Shown here: positions 37,740-46,629 of the stretch, piece by piece
Position numbering within the stretch: the stretch's first letter is position 1
How the letters are laid out: every line of letters begins with the position of its first letter
Origin: Oscillospiraceae bacterium
Lineage (GTDB): Bacteria; Bacillota; Clostridia; Oscillospirales; UBA929
Assembly: GCA_031550325.1 (NCBI GenBank)
Contig: JAVBOR010000013.1
Location: forward strand, 27,946-91,945
Length of the DNA stretch: 64,000 bases
Reading direction: 5' to 3'
The notes under the pieces: model-generated
The model's input: the letters and a program-made list of their open reading frames with translations, nothing else
What the model was told of the DNA's origin: nothing
Databases searched by the model: none
Program-made: the position numbers and the translations under genes

Positions 37740-38951
37740 CTAAAAGGGGTTTTCGGGCGGCGCTGCCGTCGCGGGCGCAGCGTCGCCCGCGTCCTTCGGC
37801 GGAGCAGTTTTGGAAAACTTTCCAATGAGCCATCCCGAGACCAGCGCCGTGGCCGGAACCGCGAGAATCAGGCCCAGACTTCCGGCGACCGCGCGCACGA
37901 CCTCAGTGCTGATGAGCTCCCAGCTGATCACATATGAAAGCTGCGAGCCGTTGACGGCGATGAGCAGAATCAGGTGCAGCGCGCCGCCCACATACGCCAA
38001 GATGAGCGTGTTGGCCATCGTGCCCATGATGTCGCGGCCGATCTTCAGCCCTGAGCGTGTGAGCTCCATGGGCTTTAACGATGTTTTGGCCGAAAGCTCC
38101 TCAATGGAGGACGCCACCGAGATCGCGACGTCCATGGCGGCGCCCATCGCGCCGATGATAACGGCTGCAAAGACAAGGCCGTTCATGTTCAGCCCGCTGG
38201 AGGTGGAGTACGCGAGCATGACCGAGTGGTCGTCGACGAGGCCCGTGAGCTTCATCAGCGTCTGGGATAAGGACGCGAACAGCCCGGCCAGCAGCAGGCC
38301 CGAAAGACAGCCCAGCGTGGCCGAGAGCGCTTTGATGGTAAAGCCGGCGACAATCAGGTTGGTGGCCAGCGTAACCAGGACGCACACGGCGATGCTCGAC
38401 CAGATAGGGCTGCCGCCGTTTGCGACGTAGGGCAGGAAAAACAGGAAGATGCCGGCGCAGGTGACGACGAGCGCGACCAGCGCGCGCAGACCCTTGGTGC
38501 GCCCAATGATCAGCAGCGCCGCCGCAAACGCGCCCACGAGCCATAAAATGGCCGGAATGCGGTTATACTCGGTGAAATCGGCGTGAACTGCTCCGTCGGC
38601 GTCCTCGGACAGGTACAGGAAGATGCCGTCGCCCTCCGAAACCGGGCGCGGCGCGTAGCCGGTCATCGAGTCGATGGTTTGCCGGCCCTCAAGGCTGTAG
38701 CCTTTATACTCCCCCGCCTGAATGGTCGCGCCGAAGAGGACCGTGCGCACCGTGCGCTCAGCCCCTTCCATAGCGGTCTCTTCCGTGCTGTCGGACAGCA
38801 CCTGCGTCACGCGGGCGCGCAGTAGTTCGTCGCGCCCCGCCAGAATTTTCTGCATGACATCCGTGAGTGGCTTGTCCTCCTTTGACGCGCAGGAGGACAG
38901 CAACGCCAGGAGGATCAGGGCCAGCACGGCCAGTATTACGGTCTTTTTCAA
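37740..38951 (-). CDS. YibE/F-family membrane protein (lipoprotein-type signal)
   Basis: ORF 37740..39032 trimmed to the TTG at comp. 38951 (10 nt after AAGGAG). MKKTVILAVLALILLALLSSCAS. The C-terminal two thirds form a polytopic YibE/F-like core. Confidence 0.6.
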   Translation of the reverse strand: MKKTVILAVLALILLALLSSCASKEDKPLTDVMQKILAGRDELLRARVTQVLSDSTEETAMEGAERTVRTVLFGATIQAGEYKGYSLEGRQTIDSMTGYAPRPVSEGDGIFLYLSEDADGAVHADFTEYNRIPAILWLVGAFAAALLIIGRTKGLRALVALVVTCAGIFLFFLPYVANGGSPIWSSIAVCVLVTLATNLIVAGFTIKALSATLGCLSGLLLAGLFASLSQTLMKLTGLVDDHSVMLAYSTSSGLNMNGLVFAAVIIGAMGAAMDVAISVASSIEELSAKTSLKPMELTRSGLKIGRDIMGTMANTLILAYVGGALHLILLIAVNGSQLSYVISWELISTEVVRAVAGSLGLILAVPATALVSGWLIGKFSKTAPPKDAGDAAPATAAPPENPF

Positions 38952-39107
38952 AGTTTGGCAGCTCCTTTGACAAAACGCCGGCTTTGCGGAAAGCCCGCCG
39001 CGCGTGATCGGATTCCGGCCAATCATGTTCAAAAGTCCGACAGCCCCGGAGCGCCGGAATCATGGGGGTTCAGTGCATATGTCGGCGGCGGGGTGCTCCA
39101 AAGGACA

Positions 39108-39135
39108 CTTGTCTTTGCGTGCCGGAGTGATATAC
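39108..39135 (+). promoter_or_regulatory. candidate promoter of the ACT-buk operon
   Basis: TTGTCT (39108-39113), 16-nt spacer, TG-a-TATACT extended -10 (39130-39135). Confidence 0.4.
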
Positions 39136-39184
39136 TGAAGGGGAGACGAACCTGATCTTTAGCCTTTGAAAGGAGGCGAATCCT

Positions 39185-39451
39185 TTGCGCGAGGCCAGAG
39201 AATACGCTTTGGATATGCTTGTTGAAAACAAAATCGGGGTGCTCACACGCCTTACGACGCAGATCCGCCGTGAGGGGCTGAACATCCGCAGCTTGCATGT
39301 GGACGTGACGGATAACCCGTTGATCTCGCGTGTGACCATGCGGTTTCCCTGCATGTCGGGATTCTACCGGGACGTTTTGGAACGGTTTTCCCGGATGAAT
39401 TGCGTTCTGGAGATCCATGAGCGCACGCAGACGGAGGATAGGGATGGATAA
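39185..39451 (+). CDS. ACT domain protein (IlvN/IlvH-like small regulatory subunit fold)
   Basis: 88 aa. TTG start 7 nt after AAAGGAGG. LVENKIGVLTRLTTQIRREGLNIRSLHVDVTDNPLISRVTM resembles acetolactate-synthase small-subunit ACT domains. Confidence 0.6.
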   Translation: MREAREYALDMLVENKIGVLTRLTTQIRREGLNIRSLHVDVTDNPLISRVTMRFPCMSGFYRDVLERFSRMNCVLEIHERTQTEDRDG

Positions 39452-40514
39452 GCATTTTAGCGTGCTGGCGATCAACCCCGGATCGACCTCGACAAAAATA
39501 GCCGTATATCAGAATGAGACGCCGCTTGTGGAGGAAACCATCCGCCACAAGCGCTACGAGCTTGGCGACATGGACGCGCAGCTGCGCATGCGCCGCGACG
39601 TGGTGCAGTCCGTGCTCACGCAAACGGGTCTGAAGCTTTCCGATATGGACGCGGTTGTCGGCAGGGGCGGTCTCATTCGCCCGATCGAGAGCGGCATTTA
39701 CACCATCGACGAGCGCATGCTCGCCGACCTGTCGGCGGACGCCGGCCTGACCCACGCCTCATCGCTCGGCGCGCCGATCGCCTATGATCTGGCAAAGGAG
39801 GTTGGACTTCCCTGCTATATTGTCGATCCGATCGTGGTCGACGAATGCGAGCATACGGCTAAGCTCACCGGACTGCCGGGCCTCGAGCGCCACAGCATTT
39901 TTCACGCGCTCAACCAAAAGGCAGTGGCGCGCCACTGCGCGAAGGACATGGGCATGGTGTATGAAAACGGACGCTTCGTCGTGGCGCACATGGGCGGCGG
40001 CATTTCGGTCGGCGCGCACCGCTACGGACGCGTCATTGACGTAAACGACGCGCTGGCCGGAGAAGGGCCGTTCTCGCCCGAGCGCACCGGAAGCCTTCCG
40101 GCATCGTCGCTGATTAAGCTCTGTTTTTCGGGGGATTACACCGAGGAAGAGCTTCTGGACATGGTTTCGCACGGCGGAGGGATGCTGGCCTATCTGGGAA
40201 CCGACGACCTGCGCATATGCGAGAAAATGATCATGGAGGGCGACGAGTACGCCGTGCTGGTGCTGGAGTCCATGGCCTACCAGGTGTCCAAGGAGATCGG
40301 CGCGATGGTTGCGGCGCTCGAGGGCCGCGTCGACGCCATTGTCCTCACGGGGGGCCTGGCGTGGTCAAACCGGTTCACCGGCAGCATTAAGCAGCATGTC
40401 AGCTTGATCGCGCCCGTGAAAACCTATCCGGGTGAGGAGGAGATGCGCTCCATGGTCGACGGCGTGCTGCGCGTCCTGCGCGGGCAGGAAAGGGCCAAGA
40501 CCTACGAGCCCTGA
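39444..40514 (+). CDS. buk: butyrate kinase
   Basis: ORF 39417..40514 trimmed to ATG 39444 (GGAGG upstream). VLAINPGSTSTKIAVY, HASSLGA, VAHMGGGISVGA and LTGGLA motifs of the ASKHA acetate/butyrate kinases. Overlaps the ACT gene by 8 nt. Confidence 0.9.
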   Translation: MDKHFSVLAINPGSTSTKIAVYQNETPLVEETIRHKRYELGDMDAQLRMRRDVVQSVLTQTGLKLSDMDAVVGRGGLIRPIESGIYTIDERMLADLSADAGLTHASSLGAPIAYDLAKEVGLPCYIVDPIVVDECEHTAKLTGLPGLERHSIFHALNQKAVARHCAKDMGMVYENGRFVVAHMGGGISVGAHRYGRVIDVNDALAGEGPFSPERTGSLPASSLIKLCFSGDYTEEELLDMVSHGGGMLAYLGTDDLRICEKMIMEGDEYAVLVLESMAYQVSKEIGAMVAALEGRVDAIVLTGGLAWSNRFTGSIKQHVSLIAPVKTYPGEEEMRSMVDGVLRVLRGQERAKTYEP

Positions 40515-40527
40515 CGCCAATTGAGCC

Positions 40528-40959
40528 TTACGCTTGAGGTGCCGGGGACGGGCTGACCTCATGCGCGATTTGCCCGGCCATTTCATCCAGCTTCTGCCCC
40601 AGCGTCAGGTCGGCAAGCCCCACGACCCGGAGGCTGCACTTGTTCAGCGGCAGCAAAATTTTCAGCCCTTTGGCCGAGGAGACGGCGCCGGCCATGGCCG
40701 GGGAGATCTCCCCCATCATCGCGTTGGCCGAGATGATGCCGATGCCGCCGGCAATGACGTCGGCATCGGCCGCGTGATACAAAATGGCGTTTTCCCCCGT
40801 GGCCGCCTCGTCGGCGCCCGCGCGGAGCATGACGCCCGTGGCCGTGGAGTTGGTCCCGACCGCCAAAATGCGTACGGGAAGGCCCTGTTTTTTCAGGCGC
40901 TCGATGATGGCTTTACCCAGGCCGCCGCCCTGACCGTCGATGACCAGCACGGTTTTCAT
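40528..40959 (-). CDS. DUF3842 family protein
   Basis: Track ORF 40528..41136 trimmed to the ATG at comp. 40959, which forms an ATGA overlap with the larC stop. MKTVLVIDGQGGGLGKAIIERLKK...LAVGTNSTATGVMLRAGA, 143 aa. Matches my recollection of DUF3842. Confidence 0.5.
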   Translation of the reverse strand: MKTVLVIDGQGGGLGKAIIERLKKQGLPVRILAVGTNSTATGVMLRAGADEAATGENAILYHAADADVIAGGIGIISANAMMGEISPAMAGAVSSAKGLKILLPLNKCSLRVVGLADLTLGQKLDEMAGQIAHEVSPSPAPQA

Positions 40960-42203
40960 GGCGTCGCCTTCCCGCAGGCCTCGTAAACGTCGCGCAGCGC
41001 GACGCCGTGAAGCCGGGCCAGACGCGCCGCGTCCTCGTATTCGGGCGTGACGCGCACGAGTTCTCCGAAGACCGCCCGCTTGACCTTGAGCCGCCCGTAG
41101 ACCGTGTCCACGGACGACTCCGAGCGGGGAAGGCACAGGCGGCTTTCCTCGCGCAGACGCAGCCCCAGCGTTGCCGTCTCGGCAAACAGGATGTCAGCCA
41201 TCGCCCGCGTTAGCTCACTGCGGCAAATCACGGTGAGCTTGACCGCCGGGCGGTTTTTTTTCATGTGTATGGGCGTAAAGAAGACGTCGAGCGCCCCTCC
41301 GGCAAACAGCCGGTCCATCGTATGGCCGAGAAGTTCGGGGGAGCAGTCGTCCAGGTTTGACTCAATGATCGTGACGGGCTCGTCGCCGAGCGTCTCGTCT
41401 GACTCGTACAGCATCACACGCAGCACGTTGGGGATGTTCAGCTCGCGCTCGCCCGCGCCGAGGCCGACACGCTCCAGGCTGCCCTGCGGCATCGTCCCGA
41501 AATGCGTGCAGAGCTCGCAGACGATCGCAGCGCCCGTCGGCGTGCAGAGCTCGCTTTCGATGTCGAGCTGCCTGTACGTCACGCGCGCCTCGGCAAACAG
41601 CGCAGCCACCGCTGGAACGGGGATGGGAATGCGGCCGTGCTGGCTCATCGTAAAGCCGCGGCCGTCGGGGACGACCGAGCAGGTAAAGCGCGCCGCGCCG
41701 AGCATGTCGACCAGTATGGCGACGCCCGCGATGTCGATGATCGAGTCGACCGCGCCGACCTCGTGGAACGTGACGTCCTCGGGGGAGTGGCCGTGAACCC
41801 TGCCCTCGGCGCACGCGAGCCTGTAAAAAATGCGCATGGCCAGATCCTTGGCCCCGGCGGTCAGCCCGCTGTGCTCAAGAAGAGCGGCGATGTCCCTGAA
41901 CGTGCGGTGGTGGTGCTCATGGCCGGCATGATCGTCATGATGGTGGTCATGGTCATGGTGGTCGTGGTGGTCATGGTGGTCGTGATCGTGATCGTGGTGA
42001 TCGTGATCTTCCAGGACGACCTTCACGGCGTTTGCCTCTATTCCGTTTTTAACGCGCCGCCCGATCCTGAGAGACCATCCGTCGACGTCAATCGTGCGAA
42101 GCTGCGCCTCCAGCGCGCGCGCGTCCAGTCCAAGGTCGAGCAGCGCGGCGAGCGTCATGTCGCCGCTGATGCCCGAAACGCAGTCAAAATGCAGGGCTTT
42201 CAT
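40956..42203 (-). CDS. larC: nickel-pincer cofactor biosynthesis protein LarC (nickel insertion)
   Basis: Trimmed to the ATG at comp. 42203 (GGAGGAA upstream). MKALHFDCVSGISGDM start and His/Asp-rich tract (DHDHHDHDHDHHDHHDHHDHDHHHDDHAGHEHHH), typical of the DUF111/LarC family. Confidence 0.85.
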   Translation of the reverse strand: MKALHFDCVSGISGDMTLAALLDLGLDARALEAQLRTIDVDGWSLRIGRRVKNGIEANAVKVVLEDHDHHDHDHDHHDHHDHHDHDHHHDDHAGHEHHHRTFRDIAALLEHSGLTAGAKDLAMRIFYRLACAEGRVHGHSPEDVTFHEVGAVDSIIDIAGVAILVDMLGAARFTCSVVPDGRGFTMSQHGRIPIPVPAVAALFAEARVTYRQLDIESELCTPTGAAIVCELCTHFGTMPQGSLERVGLGAGERELNIPNVLRVMLYESDETLGDEPVTIIESNLDDCSPELLGHTMDRLFAGGALDVFFTPIHMKKNRPAVKLTVICRSELTRAMADILFAETATLGLRLREESRLCLPRSESSVDTVYGRLKVKRAVFGELVRVTPEYEDAARLARLHGVALRDVYEACGKATP

Positions 42204-42207
42204 GAGC

Positions 42208-42972
42208 TTATTCCTCCAAGCTTTGTTTTCCGCTGAGTTTGTTGATGTTATTGGCCAGATAGCCCGCGCCGAAACCATTGTCGATGTTGACGACGCCCAC
42301 GCCGCTGGCGCAGGAGTTGAGCATGCTGAGAAGCGCCGAGATGCCGCCCAGGTTGGCGCCGTAGCCGACGCTGGTGGGCACGGCGACGACCGGCTTGTCG
42401 GTCAGGCCGCCGATCACGCTGGCCAGCGCGCCCTCCATGCCGGCCACCACGATCAGCACATTGGCGTTTTGAATCACGTCCAGCCGGGACAGCAGCCGGT
42501 GAAGCCCCGCCACGCCGACGTCATACAGCCGCCTGACCGGGTTGCCCAGAAATTCGGCGGTCACGGCGGCCTCCTCGGCCACGGGGATGTCCGAAGTGCC
42601 ACCGGTGGCGACGAGGATCACGCCCCGGTTTTGCGCCGACGGCTCGCGCTGAATCGTGATCAGCCGCGCGGCGGCGTGGTACACGGCCCAGGGGCTGAGC
42701 GGGCGGATCAGCTCGATCATGTCCGGGCCGACGCGCGTGAGCAAAATGTTTCCGGCCCCTCTTTGGAGCATGTTTTCGACGATGCCGGTGATCTGCTCGG
42801 GCGTCTTGCCCGCGCCGTAGATCACCTCGGGGCAGCCGACGCGCAGCTCGCGGTGGTGGTCCAGCACCGCGTACCCCAGATCCTCAAACGGCAGATATTG
42901 AATGCGGCCCGCGGCCTGCTCCACCGTGAGCGCGCCGTCCTTTACGCCCTGTAAAATCTCCTGAATATCCAT
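42208..42972 (-). CDS. larB: nickel-pincer cofactor biosynthesis protein LarB (PurE-like NaAD carboxylase/hydrolase)
   Basis: 254 aa. PurE/AIR-carboxylase-like core (VILVATGGTSDIPVAEEA...VVAGMEGALASVIGG). Its stop lies 4 nt before the larC start. Confidence 0.85.
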   Translation of the reverse strand: MDIQEILQGVKDGALTVEQAAGRIQYLPFEDLGYAVLDHHRELRVGCPEVIYGAGKTPEQITGIVENMLQRGAGNILLTRVGPDMIELIRPLSPWAVYHAAARLITIQREPSAQNRGVILVATGGTSDIPVAEEAAVTAEFLGNPVRRLYDVGVAGLHRLLSRLDVIQNANVLIVVAGMEGALASVIGGLTDKPVVAVPTSVGYGANLGGISALLSMLNSCASGVGVVNIDNGFGAGYLANNINKLSGKQSLEE

Positions 42973-43002
42973 ATCTTTCTCCTTAACTGCAGTTCGCCAG
43001 AT

Positions 43003-45027
43003 TCAGTCGCGGCCCGTCTGCGAGATCAGCCGGTCGGCCAGGGCCGAAAGCGCCGCGTGTTCGGGCAGCGCCAGCGCGGGATCCCGCGCCAAAATGGCTC
43101 TGGCAGCTTGAGCGGTCTCCTCAAGCAGCTTGGCGTCGCTGGACAAATCGGCAAGCTTGAAGACCGGAAGGCCGTGCTGCCGGTCGCCAAAGACGTCCCC
43201 GGGGCCGCGCATTTCAAGGTCGGCTTCGGCGATCTCAAAGCCGTCGTTGCAGCGCCGCATGACGTCCAGACGCTTGCGCGCCGTGTCCGACACGCTCTGC
43301 AGAAACAAGACGCAGTGGGACTCCCAGTCACCTCGCCCTACGCGCCCGCGCAGCTGATGCAGCTGGGACAGGCCGAACAGCTCGGCGTTTTCAACAATCA
43401 TCAGCGCCGCGTTGGGGACGTTGACGCCGACCTCGATGACGGTCGTGGCCACGAGGATGTCGCTTTCGTGCGCGGCGAACGCGCGCATGGCCTCCTCCTT
43501 GGCGCGGGGCTTGAGTCTGCCGTGAATGACGCCGACGCGCAGATCGGGGAACACGTCCTCGCGCAGGCGCTTTGCGTAGCTCTCCACCGAGGCCGGGCCG
43601 GCGCCCTCGTCCTCGATCAGCGGGCAGACAATGTATACCTGACGCCCGTCCTCGACGAGCTTGCGCACAAAGGCCTCGATGCGCGCGCGCATGTCCTCGG
43701 TGACCACATAGGTCTTAACCGGCTTGCGCCCGGGCGGAAGGCCTCGCATGACCGTCACGTCCAGATCCCCGTAGAGAATCATCGACAGCGTGCGCGGAAT
43801 GGGCGTGGCCGACATGACAAGCCTGTGGGGCGGCTGAGAGCCCTTCTCGGTGAGTTCTTTTCTCTGACGCACGCCAAAGCGGTGCTGCTCGTCTGTGATG
43901 ACCAGCCCAAGCTCGGCAAAGGACACCGTGTCGGACACAAGCGCGTGGGTGCCCAGACAAAAGTCAATCTCGCCGGCTGCCAGCGCCGCGTGCAGCGCTC
44001 TTTTTTTGGCGGGCGTGAGGCTGCCCGTCAGACAGGCCGTGCGCACGCCGAGGGGCTCCAAAAGCGGCGCGAGCGTAACAAAGTGCTGCTCGGCCAGAAT
44101 TTCGGTCGGGGCCATCATGGCGGCCTGAACCCCGTTGCGCACGGCCGCCAGGGCGCAGGCCGCCGCCACGGCGGTCTTGCCGGAGCCGACGTCGCCCTGA
44201 ATAAGCCTGGCCATGAGCCGCCCTTCCTGCATGTCGCCGAGTGCGTCGGAAAGCGCGCGCTCCTGCCCCTCGGTCAGCGAAAAGCCGAGCCTTGCGCGAA
44301 AGTCCTCCAAAGAGACGGGAGTAAAGCGCCTGCCCTTCTCGGCCTGACCCTTGAGGCGGAGCAAACCGAGCTGCAGGACAAGCAGCTCCTCGAACACGAG
44401 CCGGCGGCGCGCCTGCAAAAGACCGGACTCCGTCTGGGGAAAATGGATGTTCTGCACGGCAAAGCGCATGTGGCACAGCTGATATTCGGCGCGCAGCGCG
44501 TCGGGAAGCGCGTCTGGGAGCGTGTCCAGGTCGCGGTCAAGCGCCTGCGCCGCCGCGCTGCGCAAAAGCGCCTGCGGGCAACCCGCCGTCGAGCGGTACA
44601 GCGGCATGATGCGGCCCGTGATCCTGCCCTGGGCGCTCAGGGGCTCGAAGACGGGGTTGACCAGCTCGACGCCGCGCGCCGAGGCGCTGACCTTGCCGTA
44701 AAACGCATAGCCCTCGCCCTGCTTGAGCGAGTTTCTCACATAGGGCGCGTTGAAAAAGGTCAGGGGAATCTGGCCGCTGTCGTCGAAAACAGTGGTGCGG
44801 AAAAGATCCATGCCCTTGCGCACAAACGAGTGCTGCACGGGCGAGGAGACCGTGGCGCGCACGCAGACGCTCTCACCGGGCAGCAGCTCGCACAGCCGCT
44901 TAAACTCGGTGCGGTCCTCGTAGTCCCGAGGATAGTACGTCAACAGATCCTCCGAGGAGAAAAGACCGAGCTTGTGCAGCAGCTGGACGCGCTTTTCGCC
45001 CACGCCCTTCAAATATTGAATATCCAT
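43003..45027 (-). CDS. recG: ATP-dependent DNA helicase RecG
   Basis: 674 aa. Wedge/OB N-terminus, Walker A GDVGSGKT, DEQHRFG box, QLHQLRGRVGRG motif VI. Confidence 0.95.
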   Translation of the reverse strand: MDIQYLKGVGEKRVQLLHKLGLFSSEDLLTYYPRDYEDRTEFKRLCELLPGESVCVRATVSSPVQHSFVRKGMDLFRTTVFDDSGQIPLTFFNAPYVRNSLKQGEGYAFYGKVSASARGVELVNPVFEPLSAQGRITGRIMPLYRSTAGCPQALLRSAAAQALDRDLDTLPDALPDALRAEYQLCHMRFAVQNIHFPQTESGLLQARRRLVFEELLVLQLGLLRLKGQAEKGRRFTPVSLEDFRARLGFSLTEGQERALSDALGDMQEGRLMARLIQGDVGSGKTAVAAACALAAVRNGVQAAMMAPTEILAEQHFVTLAPLLEPLGVRTACLTGSLTPAKKRALHAALAAGEIDFCLGTHALVSDTVSFAELGLVITDEQHRFGVRQRKELTEKGSQPPHRLVMSATPIPRTLSMILYGDLDVTVMRGLPPGRKPVKTYVVTEDMRARIEAFVRKLVEDGRQVYIVCPLIEDEGAGPASVESYAKRLREDVFPDLRVGVIHGRLKPRAKEEAMRAFAAHESDILVATTVIEVGVNVPNAALMIVENAELFGLSQLHQLRGRVGRGDWESHCVLFLQSVSDTARKRLDVMRRCNDGFEIAEADLEMRGPGDVFGDRQHGLPVFKLADLSSDAKLLEETAQAARAILARDPALALPEHAALSALADRLISQTGRD

Positions 45028-45170
45028 AAAAGCGCTCCAAATCCCGATATCTTCCCCGGTCGCTCATAAGGGGAATCCGTCAACACCTTACACCAAAACG
45101 GGGAAAAAAACAAGGCCTTGCCGCGCCAGCCCTCGTCCGGGAGGCGCGCGTCACAAGGCCCCAAACATAG

Positions 45171-45271
45171 TGCTTTCACGGGTTCACTCCGGGAAAGCGT
45201 TTCTTTGCACGTCTTCGCAAAGACGCGAGCCAGACCCCCGCTTTGTCAAAGAACCCTTGGTTCTTTGACAA
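45171..45271. repeat. mosaic palindromic intergenic repeat, copy B (inverted relative to copy A)
   Basis: Reverse complement of the copy A module order: GCTTTCACGGGTTCACTCCGGGAAAGCG, CGTCTTCGCAAAGACG, then TTGTCAAAGAACC-CTT-GGTTCTTTGACAA (45243-45271). It abuts the stop codon of the 45281 gene. Confidence 0.85.
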
Positions 45272-45280
45272 AGCGTAAGT

Positions 45281-46453
45281 TTACCCCGCCCGCGCGGCGA
45301 GCAGCTGCGCGAAGCGCTCCATGATGCCGGGAATGTCTATGTCCTGCGGGCAGAGCGTGGTGCAGACGCCACAGGCGATACAGGCGGCGGGCAGCTCGGC
45401 TGCCTCCATGGCGTCGAGGGTGAAATTCAGCGTGAAGGGGCGGTCAAACTTCATCTCGTTATACATGGAGATGAGCTTGGGGATGTCCAGCCTCTGCGGG
45501 CAGCCGTCGCAGCAGTAGCGGCAGGCCGTGCACGGGATGAGCTCGGCAAGCTCCTCCACCATGCCCATCAGCAGCGCGTTCTCCTCGGGCGTAGTGGGGT
45601 CGGGGCGGGAGAACAGCTCAATGTTCTCCTGGAGCTGCTCCATGGTGCTCATGCCGCTGAGCACAACCTGAATGTTGGGCAGGCTCTGCAAGAAGCGAAA
45701 GGCCCAGGAGGCGAGGGAGTCGCCAGGGCGTGCGCTCTTCAAAGGGGCGCTTGACGGCTCGTCCAGTTCGGCGAGTTTGCCGCCGCGAACCGGCTCCATG
45801 ACGATCACGGGCAGTCCGTGCGCCCCGATGACCTCGGCCTTTTTGCGTCCGTCCTGCAGCACCCAGTCCACATAGTTGAGCTGGATCTGCACAAACTCAA
45901 AACAGTCGTAGGTGTCCAGGAAGCGGTCAATGGTCTCGGCGCGGCCATGGGCCGAAAAACCCAGATGGCGGATGCGCCCTAACCGTTTTTGCTCCGCAAA
46001 GTATTCCACCATGCGCAGATCGGGGTCGGTGTAAATGCCGTAGGAGGTTTCGCACACGTTGTGCAAAAGGTAAAAGTCGAAATAGTCCACGCCGCACCGC
46101 TTCAGCTGGGTCTCAAAGATTTCCTCGGGGCTGACGGGGGGAAGCCCGCTCATCAGTCCGACAAATTCCAGCTTGCCGTCGGCGTAGCGCATGCTGTGGC
46201 CCGGCATTTTGGAGGCCAGATACCAGCTGTCGCGCGGGTACTGGCGCAGCACGTCTCCGACAAAGCCCTCCGAGTTGCCTCCGTGGTACATGTAGGCAGT
46301 ATCAAAGTAGTTGATGCCGTTCTGGTAGGCATACTCGATCAGCTGCCGCGCCTTTATGGGGTCAATCGCGCTGCGGTCGCCGGTTGTGGGCAGGCGCATA
46401 TTTCCCAAACCAAGCGTGGAGAGCTGCAAGTCCTTAAATGGCTTGTAGATCAT
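45281..46453 (-). CDS. aldo/keto reductase with C-terminal 4Fe-4S ferredoxin-type domain
   Basis: 390 aa. AKR core (LGLGNMRLP...NYFDTAYMYHGGNSE...HLGFSAHG) plus C-terminal Cys clusters (CTACRYCCDGCP and CIACGVCTTLCP). Confidence 0.8.
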   Translation of the reverse strand: MIYKPFKDLQLSTLGLGNMRLPTTGDRSAIDPIKARQLIEYAYQNGINYFDTAYMYHGGNSEGFVGDVLRQYPRDSWYLASKMPGHSMRYADGKLEFVGLMSGLPPVSPEEIFETQLKRCGVDYFDFYLLHNVCETSYGIYTDPDLRMVEYFAEQKRLGRIRHLGFSAHGRAETIDRFLDTYDCFEFVQIQLNYVDWVLQDGRKKAEVIGAHGLPVIVMEPVRGGKLAELDEPSSAPLKSARPGDSLASWAFRFLQSLPNIQVVLSGMSTMEQLQENIELFSRPDPTTPEENALLMGMVEELAELIPCTACRYCCDGCPQRLDIPKLISMYNEMKFDRPFTLNFTLDAMEAAELPAACIACGVCTTLCPQDIDIPGIMERFAQLLAARAG

Positions 46454-46551
46454 TCTGGGTCATCCTCTCTGTGTTGTTGATGGCAGGGCGGCGTTTTGCA
46501 CAGTGTATCACCTGAAGTTGGCTTTAAGTCAATCCCTATTTTCAAAAGAAG

Positions 46552-46622
46552 CCCCCGCTTTGCATAACAGTCTGAAAGCCTCACCCTTGGCGAGGCTTTC
46601 AGACTGTTATGCAAAGCGGGGG
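46552..46622. repeat. 31-bp perfect inverted repeat (hairpin) with 9-nt loop
   Basis: CCCCCGCTTTGCATAACAGTCTGAAAGCCTC (46552-46582) is exactly complementary to 46592-46622. It lies between a ger gene stop (46630) and the AKR start (46453). Confidence 0.9.
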
Positions 46623-46629
46623 AGTTTCC

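Noticed and set aside
41930-42010. Short-period DNA repeat (CAT/GAC/GTG units) that might look like a tandem repeat or array
   Set aside because: On the minus strand it encodes the His/Asp-rich metal-binding tract of LarC (DHDHHDHDHDHH...), a normal feature of that family. It is not an independent repeat element or a CRISPR array.
43057-45069. 670-aa plus-strand ORF opposite recG. Similar long antisense ORFs: 16912..18417, 20199..21296, 21560..22603, 23153..24436, 24726..26762, 27442..28803, 32843..34162, 48078..49124, 55869..56651 and 57064..58518.
   Set aside because: Each overlaps a gene on the other strand that carries clear family motifs (RecG, PgcA-like mutase, GH130, IleS, GH4 and others). 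The antisense translations are Arg/Gly/Ala/His-rich with no recognisable domains and no RBS-supported starts.
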